Assembly: GCA_964534045.1 (NCBI GenBank)
Contig: CAZHNO010000003.1
Location: 37,323 to 101,322, forward strand
DNA: 64,000 nucleotides
Direction: 5' to 3'
Source: an uncultured archaeon
GTDB taxonomy: Archaea; Iainarchaeota; Iainarchaeia; Iainarchaeales; JAAZKV01
Part shown: in pieces, positions 56,371 through 64,000 of the stretch
How the letters are laid out: each line of letters starts with the position of its first letter
Position numbering within the stretch: position 1 is the first letter of the stretch
The notes under the pieces: model-generated
What the model saw: only the letters and a program-made list of their open reading frames with translations
The model's database searches: none
What the model was told of the DNA's origin: nothing
Position numbers and translations under genes: made by a program

Positions 56371-59300
56371 TTGCATAAGATAATTTTAGCTTTAGCTGTA
56401 CTTTTAGTATTGTTTCCTTTAGTATTTTCTGGTGATTGTTCTTCTCCTTATTTCAAATCAGTTGCTTGTTTTGATTTGAATCATTATTTTGATTTTAATG
56501 GTTTTGTTTCAAATCCTTTAAACACAACTTTTATTACTGCGAGTGGGGAATTAGATTGGAATAATTTAGATGGGGGGAGTGAACTTTCTTCAAGCAACGC
56601 TCTTTTTGATTCTAATTTAGTTGGTTTGTGGCATTTTAATGGAAATGCGCTTGATAGTAGTGGGAATGGAATTGATGGAACTACAAATAATTTTGATGGT
56701 GATGAAACAACTAGGGGGTTGTTTGGAAGTAATGCTTATGATTTTGACGGAACAAACGACCACATTACTTTTGGGACTTCAACATTAACAAGCGGGGCAA
56801 CAACAATTAGTTTTTGGTATAATTATGATACTGGTGATGGTTATATTGCCGATTTAAAAGTTGGTGGTGCTTCAGGAGCATTTTTTGCAGCAACAAATAG
56901 TAGTATCTGTTGGGCATTCAGAGGGGTTAGTGGAACAATTTGTGGAGCCATAAATGTTTCTGGTTGGACTCATGCATTAATTACTTATAATGGTGGAACG
57001 ACAAGTGATGTTGGAAATTATGCTATTTATATAAATGGCAGAAGCATTCCTCTTACAAATTATGGTTCTCAGGGGGGTTCTACTTCAATAAATTATTTGG
57101 GTTATGTTGTTGGGGGCACTTATTTTAATGGAAAAATAGAAGAACTTGCTATTTGGAATAAAGCATTAACTTCTGATGAAGCGCAAGTGGTTTATGATTC
57201 ACAAAAAAAAAATTGGTTAGATGAAAATTTAATTGCTTATTACAAATTTAATGAAGCTAGCGGAACAACTATTTATGATTCTGCAAGAGGGCATAATGGA
57301 ACCCTTACAAACGGAGCAAGCGTGAATGCAAAAGGAATGTGGGATACAAATGCTTTGATTCTTGATGCGAGTAATGATTTTGTGAATGTTACTGGGGGAA
57401 TAGATAATAATTTTTTTAATGGTTCAATTTCTGTTTGGTTTAAAACTACAAACAAATCAAATAATCGGTATATTTTTGAGGCTACAAACACCACTCCAAG
57501 TGAAGGAATATATGTATACATTAACATTACTACTGGAAAGTTAGGTTTTTATGGTGCAAATGATGGTTCTGCAATATTTGATATATTATCCAATAAAGAT
57601 ATGACAGATGGGCAGTGGCACCATGCAATTGGTGTGTGGGATAACACTCAAGCAAGCTTATACATTGATGGATTATTACAAACTGACTCCGAAAGCGGGG
57701 ATAATACTTTAGATATGCAAGCGCCATTCACTAGAACTCTTATTGGAAGTTATAACGGGGGTTATAATTTTGGCGGTTCAATAGATGAATTAAAAATTTA
57801 TGATAGGGCTTTGACAGAAGAAGAAATTCTTTATGATTATAACAATTTTTTAAATAACAAATTTGTTGCTGATGAAAATGCAATTATTCATGCAGTAGAT
57901 AATTCTCTTCGTGATTGGAATTATTTTAAAATTAATGAAAGTTTGTATTATGATTTTGGAAAAGAAATGCAATCACACTTTGATGGAACAAGCAAAACGA
58001 ATGAGCTTACTTCAGCAAGTTCTTTGTTTGATTCTAATTTAGTTGGCTTGTGGCATTTGAATGGTAATGCACTGGATAGTTCTGGAAGTGGGAATAATGG
58101 TTCTTGGGGCGGAAGCGAAGAATATACAACTGGGTTGTGGGATACAAACTGTGGAGATTTTGATGGAGTGAGTAACTATATAACAGTTTCAAATGATTCA
58201 AGTATTGATTTTGCTGATGAGGATTTTTCCGTATCGGCATGGATTAATGTAAATAGCTTTCCAAATGTTGGTCAGTTTATTGTTGGAAAAAATTATGGAA
58301 GCACTGGTGTTAAATGGTATGCTCTATCTGTCACTAATGTTGGGGAATTATATTTCTCAATTGATGATGGCACAAATATTGTAACCGCGCAGTCTAAAAC
58401 AGGAACGATTGAAATTGGAAAATGGTATCATATTCTTGGACAAAGAGACACTTCAGCAAGCAAAGTTAGACTATATATTAATGGAATAGACATTAACTCC
58501 TTAAGCGAATCAGCTGTTGGTTCAATAAGTAATAATGGTCCCTTTGTAATTGGTGCAAGAGCAGATTTGTCTTCTTCAAGATTTTACGATGGAAAGATAG
58601 AAGAAGTCACAATTTGGAACAAGGCGTTGTCTACAACAGAAATTCAATCTCTTTATAATTCTCAAGCATCACAATTTCATGAACCAGATATTAATGTTCT
58701 TTATCATTTCAATGGAAATGCTTTGGATTCTAGTGGAAGTGGTTATCATGGAACTCTAGTAAACTTTGGCGGTGATGAAAATGTTTCTTGTTTATGGGAC
58801 ACTAATTGTTTTAGTTATGGTGGGACAAATGAATATATCCAAACTACTTTTCAACCACAATATGTAAAGAGTGATTCAACAGGATTTTCACATAGTCTTT
58901 GGTTTAGAAAACCTTACTCAGGAAATTGGGAATATATGTTGGGGGTTGCTGCGCAGGCTCCCTCGTTGTATTATCTTTTTTCTAATGTTGGAATATTACA
59001 AGTTGGTTTTAGCACTAATGAAACATCAACAGTTTGTAATATGTATACTCCATATCGTGTTGATGATAATTTGTGGCACAATATAATATTTACTCGTGGG
59101 GGCGCACAAGGGGCAACAGCACACAATTTGTATTTGGATGGGGTTTGGGTTGATTCAGAATGGTATCAAGGAAATTGTGATGAAAACATGTACTTCCAAG
59201 AGCCTTTTTATTTTGGAAATAGAAATCCTTCGGGTGGTGAACCAACAAATAATTGGTTTGTTGGAGAAATAGAAGATTTTGTTGTGTGGAATAGAAAATT

Positions 59301-62300
59301 AACCGAACAAGATGTGGTAGAAATTTACAGAAAAGGAATTTCAAAATTAGATTTGAATGTTTATTCTTGTAGTGATGCAAGTTGTTCAACAAAAACAGAT
59401 TCAGAATATTTCTCGGATGTAAATAATAATTCTAATTTAAATTTAGCCAATTTAAATCCTTCAGCGTATCTTGGTTATGAAACTTATTTCAAACCAATAT
59501 CAACTTTCCAAGATTATAATGCTGGGAGATTTTTTGTTTTGAGTTATTTGAGTGATGTTTCAGTTGATTCAACAACTGGGAATACTGTTCCAGTTGCAAC
59601 AATTGATTTTATTGAGGGTTCAAGTGCGTCTGGTGCACTGCCTTACTATTCTTTTATTCAAGATGGAACAATTGATGTTAACTTTTCTGTTACAGATGAT
59701 GATAACAACCCATTAACAGCAAATTTTTATTTTACAGATAGTTTGGTTGAGAACACAAGTGGAACTTTAATGACAACAATTGATTTGAACACAGATTATT
59801 GTGATTCAGCAGACCTGACTTTAGATGTAAATTGTTATTATGATATTAATTCTTTGATAGCAAGTGATGGAAATTATTATTTGAAAATAATTGTTAATGA
59901 TGGTTATTCTAATGATTATGCTTTTTCTTCGGAATTTGGTTTAGATAATTCTGCACCAACAATAACAACAACAAATACCCACAATGATTGGAATAGAGAA
60001 AAAGCCAGAGTAACTTTTACTTGCTCAGATGCTGGTTCTGGTTGTGATTTAACAACTTATAGAATTAATGGTGGTTTATGGAATACTTATTCTTCAGCAA
60101 TTAGTATTAGTGGAGATGGGAATTATCAAATTGATTTTAATGCAGTAGATGCAAAAGGAAACGTTTCTGATTTAAATTCTTTAAATGTTTTAGTTGGTTT
60201 TAATGGTTTGTTAAAAACTTTTAATGATGAAAATAAGCCAAGAAGCTTTTTTGGTGCAGGAGAAAGAGTTGAATTAATTTTTGATGTTAATTTGAATGTT
60301 GCACCAACAATTTCTATTATTGATTCTAACAATGCTGAGGTAATTTCTGGAACAATGACAAACATTTCACAAGACACTAATTTAGGCAGAAATGATTTGA
60401 ACACTTATTATTATGAATTTGATGTTAATGGTGCACAAGGTTGGTACGACGCCCAAGTACAAAATCAATTATTCGAAGACGCATTTTACCAATCAAATAT
60501 TTGGGTGGATGCTTACACTTCAAATGATGGAAATGTATTTCCGTTCAGTTTAGATTTGAATGTTTATGAACCAAATATCCAACAAAGATGGTTCTATCCA
60601 ATTGATACAAATATCCCGTTTACTTTTGGAACAAAACTAAAATCAATAAGGGTTTTAGATTTTAATGGCACACATTACAAAGAAATCCCGGCAGAAATTT
60701 ATTCACCAGTTTATTCTGGACAAAATATTTCTCAAGCAAATATTGTTTTCTTATCTTCTCTCGATCAAAATGAAATAAGAAATTATTTTGTTAGTTATTC
60801 AATTGTTGATATTAATAAAGAATATTTAACCGATTTAAATGCAAATTGGAACTCTTATGAATTGGACATTAATTCAAGCAATTATTTTGTTCAATTTGAT
60901 GTGAACAAGGGGGCAGCAATTGAACTCTTAAGAAGTAGAAAAGGAACAAATAGTGGTTTGAATTTTGGAAATGAGTTTGACAGAGCGCCAATGATTGATT
61001 CTGATTTATCATCAAATACTTATATTACAAGCATCACTGCGCCTTCTTACACAATTACTGCAGGAAATTTAATTTACAAATTAAATACTTCTTCATTAAT
61101 TAGTTTTGCTGATTATAATTTGAATTATACAATATATGCAAAAAGCCCTTATTTTTTACAAGATATAAATATTGTTTCGCGTGGAGCAGTTTATTGGGAT
61201 GATTACATTGACACAAACCCAAGAATTATTCCAAATAAATTTGAAAAATATTCTTACTTACAAAACAATTCTCTTTTAACACAAGATATTAATGCATTAG
61301 GGAATGCAAAATCACTTTCTGACATAAATTATTTAGTAGTTTACAACAAGCAATTAGATTCATTTGGGCAAATTTTCTTAGAAACAGATTCATCAAAAGC
61401 AGAGTCACAAAATATTGCATTTAGGGATTTGTCAAATTCGTTATATTGGGAAAATACGCTATTAACTGTCCAAAATATGGCTACTGGAGATTATGTTCAC
61501 ACAAAGAAAGCAATTGTTTTATCAAATCCATTAAATGGGGCAGAAGATATTAACAAAATTTTTACAAGCTTAGCAAACCCTTTAACAATTATTGTTGGAA
61601 ACACAACAACAAATGATTCTGGTTCTCCCCCAACAAATATTTCAATTGCTTATTCTCCAACAGATATTAATTCAAACACGGATGTAAATTGTTATTCAAG
61701 TTGGCAGGATGACACAATAATTAACACAATTATATTGAATGTTTCTGGCCCAAACACTGATGTTAATTATTCTTTCTCTGTGCTTGATGCGAATGCGTTT
61801 GTTTCACAATTAATTAGTTCAACTTATATTAATGCAGGGGATTATAATTGTAATTTTATTGCTACTGATGCTGCCGGAAATACAGATTCGAATTATGTTT
61901 CATTTTCTGCAATGGATATTTCTGCACCTGATATTTATTCAGTGATTAATACTCCTGATGGAAACGCTGACATTGATATTGATTCAAATATTGTTGTTGA
62001 TGCTAATATTGCAGAATACACTGGATTAAATTCAGTAACCTTATATTATAGGGATTTAAATGCTGACGCAGTTTCTGGCTGGAATGAATGGCAAACTACT
62101 GCAATGAATAATGATGAAAATTATTCTGACACAAATTATGGTTATTCAGCAAATTTTATTGCTACTGAAAATATTTGGCAGTATTTTATTAATGCAATCG
62201 ATTCTAATGAATTAGATTCTAATTCTAATGTTGTTACATTATATGCTTATGATGATTATACTTGGGAATTTACTCCAAGCTCTTTCGGAACAAAATCAGG

Positions 62301-64000
62301 GCCATTATTACAAAATATTACTGTTGGAAATCTCACAATTAATAATAGTGGAGATTATGCATTATCATTTAAACTTTCAAGCAATTGGGATGACAAGTAT
62401 GCTATTTGGTATGATGATATTGAGGAAACAACTTCAGGGTATGCTTTTTCAATTGCTTCTGGAGCATCAGAAATTATTGCAGTAAAAGTTAAAGCAAAGC
62501 CAACAGGAAAAACTGATGCTTTAACAATTAATGTTGATGCCACAACTGCTTTAGCAAGCCCGTCAATTGATTATTCAACAGCAACAATTGTTTCTTTATC
62601 AGAAGAACCAGCATTATATTTAGAATTAGTGTCAACAAATAATTCAGCAACGCAAGGAGACACAAATGTTTACTATTCTGCAAGGATAACTAATGTTGGA
62701 CAGCAAAATGCAACAAATGTTTTCTTTGATTGGAACTATCCAAGTGACTGGGTAATTAATTCAGGGGTTGAATCATTAAGTGGTTTTAGTTTGTCTTCAT
62801 CGTCATCTTATTTAAGTACAATTTCGTTTAATGTTTCTTCCTCAGCAACAACTGGAAATCAAACAATTACTTTTGGTGCAGGTTGTTGTTCTGATTTAAA
62901 TAAAAATCAATCAACTTCAACAACAACTTCGGTGGTAGCATATAGCTCAGGCACTGGTGACACAGGTGATATTGGAAATACTGGGGGTACAAGTGGTGGC
63001 CCTGATGGTTCAGGAGCTTCAGGTTCAAGCGGGGGAAGTATTTTTGTTGGGACTCAAGCAGATTTGTTTTTCCAAACAAACGAATTTTTTGAACTTGTGC
63101 GAGGTGAAGATAATTCTTTCCCAATAAAATTTACTAACCCTTTAAAGAATAAATTAATTGATATTGAATTAAGTGTTGAGGGAATAATTTCGAAATATTT
63201 AAGGTTGAAAAATTCTTCAATAAATTCACTTGATTCAAATGAAGAGTTTTCTACAAGCATTGAAATTATTTCTCCAAAATATTTTACTCCAGGGATTTAT
63301 TCTTTGAATTTTATTATTAAGGGTATTTTATTAGATGATTATAATAGAGAAACTAATTTTATTGAAGAAAGAGAAATTTCTTTATTGATTCATGACACTA
63401 ACAAAGAAACTGCTGAACTATATATAGTTGAAATGGAAAAATTTTTACTTGATTTAAATGAATTTAATTTGAGCTTGAATGATTTACCAAAGTTAATTGA
63501 AAAATCAAAGAATTCTTTGGAAAATAATCAGTTTGATGAAGTTGCAAAAATATTTGATGAAGTAAAAAAGACGTATGATTCTGCTATTGAAGCCAGAGTG
63601 AAGAGTGGACAAATTACTGGTTTGGTTGGTTTTGCGAATTCAAAAGGAATTGAGACGCCTAATACGGATAGGTTGTTGATGCTTGCACAATTAGCATTAC
63701 AGCGAGGTGATTACGCTCTTGCTCTTTCTAGATTAAAAGAAGCAGAACTAATGTATTCTTTAGAAACAAAGGGAGAATTTAATTTTGTAATTTGGGCTCT
63801 GGCAAATTTTGATAAGTTATTACTTATGGCTGGCTTGTTTTTAGTTGCGATGTATATGTTTGCTTTGGGAATAAAAATTATTATTATAAAAAGAAAGTTA
63901 AAGTTGTTAGCGTCTGAAAATAACTTATTGTTGTCTTTGATAAAAAATTTGCAAAATCAATGTTTTGTTGAAAACAAGATTAGTATTGGAGAATATTACG
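56371..64000 (+). CDS. Giant surface protein (>2,540 aa, partial) with four LamG domains, Ig-like domains, G/S linker and C-terminal TM
   Basis: TTG start after GGTGTGA, signal peptide; lines read in this frame show no stop; LamG signatures (LVGLWHFNGNA, WYHI, LYING, FNGKIEEL.IWNKAL) four times; absent from ORF track, consistent with no stop before the window end. Confidence 0.9.
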   Translation, partial: MHKIILALAVLLVLFPLVFSGDCSSPYFKSVACFDLNHYFDFNGFVSNPLNTTFITASGELDWNNLDGGSELSSSNALFDSNLVGLWHFNGNALDSSGNGIDGTTNNFDGDETTRGLFGSNAYDFDGTNDHITFGTSTLTSGATTISFWYNYDTGDGYIADLKVGGASGAFFAATNSSICWAFRGVSGTICGAINVSGWTHALITYNGGTTSDVGNYAIYINGRSIPLTNYGSQGGSTSINYLGYVVGGTYFNGKIEELAIWNKALTSDEAQVVYDSQKKNWLDENLIAYYKFNEASGTTIYDSARGHNGTLTNGASVNAKGMWDTNALILDASNDFVNVTGGIDNNFFNGSISVWFKTTNKSNNRYIFEATNTTPSEGIYVYINITTGKLGFYGANDGSAIFDILSNKDMTDGQWHHAIGVWDNTQASLYIDGLLQTDSESGDNTLDMQAPFTRTLIGSYNGGYNFGGSIDELKIYDRALTEEEILYDYNNFLNNKFVADENAIIHAVDNSLRDWNYFKINESLYYDFGKEMQSHFDGTSKTNELTSASSLFDSNLVGLWHLNGNALDSSGSGNNGSWGGSEEYTTGLWDTNCGDFDGVSNYITVSNDSSIDFADEDFSVSAWINVNSFPNVGQFIVGKNYGSTGVKWYALSVTNVGELYFSIDDGTNIVTAQSKTGTIEIGKWYHILGQRDTSASKVRLYINGIDINSLSESAVGSISNNGPFVIGARADLSSSRFYDGKIEEVTIWNKALSTTEIQSLYNSQASQFHEPDINVLYHFNGNALDSSGSGYHGTLVNFGGDENVSCLWDTNCFSYGGTNEYIQTTFQPQYVKSDSTGFSHSLWFRKPYSGNWEYMLGVAAQAPSLYYLFSNVGILQVGFSTNETSTVCNMYTPYRVDDNLWHNIIFTRGGAQGATAHNLYLDGVWVDSEWYQGNCDENMYFQEPFYFGNRNPSGGEPTNNWFVGEIEDFVVWNRKLTEQDVVEIYRKGISKLDLNVYSCSDASCSTKTDSEYFSDVNNNSNLNLANLNPSAYLGYETYFKPISTFQDYNAGRFFVLSYLSDVSVDSTTGNTVPVATIDFIEGSSASGALPYYSFIQDGTIDVNFSVTDDDNNPLTANFYFTDSLVENTSGTLMTTIDLNTDYCDSADLTLDVNCYYDINSLIASDGNYYLKIIVNDGYSNDYAFSSEFGLDNSAPTITTTNTHNDWNREKARVTFTCSDAGSGCDLTTYRINGGLWNTYSSAISISGDGNYQIDFNAVDAKGNVSDLNSLNVLVGFNGLLKTFNDENKPRSFFGAGERVELIFDVNLNVAPTISIIDSNNAEVISGTMTNISQDTNLGRNDLNTYYYEFDVNGAQGWYDAQVQNQLFEDAFYQSNIWVDAYTSNDGNVFPFSLDLNVYEPNIQQRWFYPIDTNIPFTFGTKLKSIRVLDFNGTHYKEIPAEIYSPVYSGQNISQANIVFLSSLDQNEIRNYFVSYSIVDINKEYLTDLNANWNSYELDINSSNYFVQFDVNKGAAIELLRSRKGTNSGLNFGNEFDRAPMIDSDLSSNTYITSITAPSYTITAGNLIYKLNTSSLISFADYNLNYTIYAKSPYFLQDINIVSRGAVYWDDYIDTNPRIIPNKFEKYSYLQNNSLLTQDINALGNAKSLSDINYLVVYNKQLDSFGQIFLETDSSKAESQNIAFRDLSNSLYWENTLLTVQNMATGDYVHTKKAIVLSNPLNGAEDINKIFTSLANPLTIIVGNTTTNDSGSPPTNISIAYSPTDINSNTDVNCYSSWQDDTIINTIILNVSGPNTDVNYSFSVLDANAFVSQLISSTYINAGDYNCNFIATDAAGNTDSNYVSFSAMDISAPDIYSVINTPDGNADIDIDSNIVVDANIAEYTGLNSVTLYYRDLNADAVSGWNEWQTTAMNNDENYSDTNYGYSANFIATENIWQYFINAIDSNELDSNSNVVTLYAYDDYTWEFTPSSFGTKSGPLLQNITVGNLTINNSGDYALSFKLSSNWDDKYAIWYDDIEETTSGYAFSIASGASEIIAVKVKAKPTGKTDALTINVDATTALASPSIDYSTATIVSLSEEPALYLELVSTNNSATQGDTNVYYSARITNVGQQNATNVFFDWNYPSDWVINSGVESLSGFSLSSSSSYLSTISFNVSSSATTGNQTITFGAGCCSDLNKNQSTSTTTSVVAYSSGTGDTGDIGNTGGTSGGPDGSGASGSSGGSIFVGTQADLFFQTNEFFELVRGEDNSFPIKFTNPLKNKLIDIELSVEGIISKYLRLKNSSINSLDSNEEFSTSIEIISPKYFTPGIYSLNFIIKGILLDDYNRETNFIEEREISLLIHDTNKETAELYIVEMEKFLLDLNEFNLSLNDLPKLIEKSKNSLENNQFDEVAKIFDEVKKTYDSAIEARVKSGQITGLVGFANSKGIETPNTDRLLMLAQLALQRGDYALALSRLKEAELMYSLETKGEFNFVIWALANFDKLLLMAGLFLVAMYMFALGIKIIIIKRKLKLLASENNLLLSLIKNLQNQCFVENKISIGEYY

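Noticed and set aside
1703-63260. Many short F/L/S-rich ORFs antisense to, or nested in, real genes (e.g. 3285-3674, 5998-6447, 24727-25176, 57273-63260)
   Set aside because: Shadow ORFs produced by A-rich coding strands; no motifs or RBS, and fully overlapped by well-supported genes

Overview
AT-rich archaeal chromosome segment, most consistent with a DPANN lineage such as Iainarchaeota/Diapherotrites (inferred from gene content, not from a search). It is mostly housekeeping: an rnp4-rps19e-rpl39e-rpl31e-eif6-rplX-pfdA-ftsY cluster, srp54 and the SRP RNA, a dNTP/dTMP synthesis cluster (nrdG, split nrdD, glyA, tmk, dCMP deaminase, tandem thyX), radA, RPA/SSB, xerA, TFE, ether-lipid genes (GGGPS, GGR), five tRNAs (one with an 80-nt intron) and a >2,500-aa LamG surface protein running off the right end. 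The most notable observations are: (1) a long bacterial-type RelA-like RSH with a degenerate hydrolase motif, divergently transcribed from an HPF-like gene across a perfect 22-bp palindrome; (2) a candidate replication origin at about 36-37 kb (strand-composition switch, 92% AT tract, a novel repeated 16-mer, adjacent winged-helix gene, no orc1/cdc6 in the window); (3) an SRP RNA with no recognisable helix 6 and a duplicated 3' end; (4) a tRNA-Gly locus surrounded by CAAG-loop hairpins, 49-bp tandem repeats and a degenerate 3'-end copy; (5) several small ORFs missed by the ORF track, including a frameshifted rplX and a separate NrdD C-terminal peptide. All calls are by eye, without database searches or folding software.
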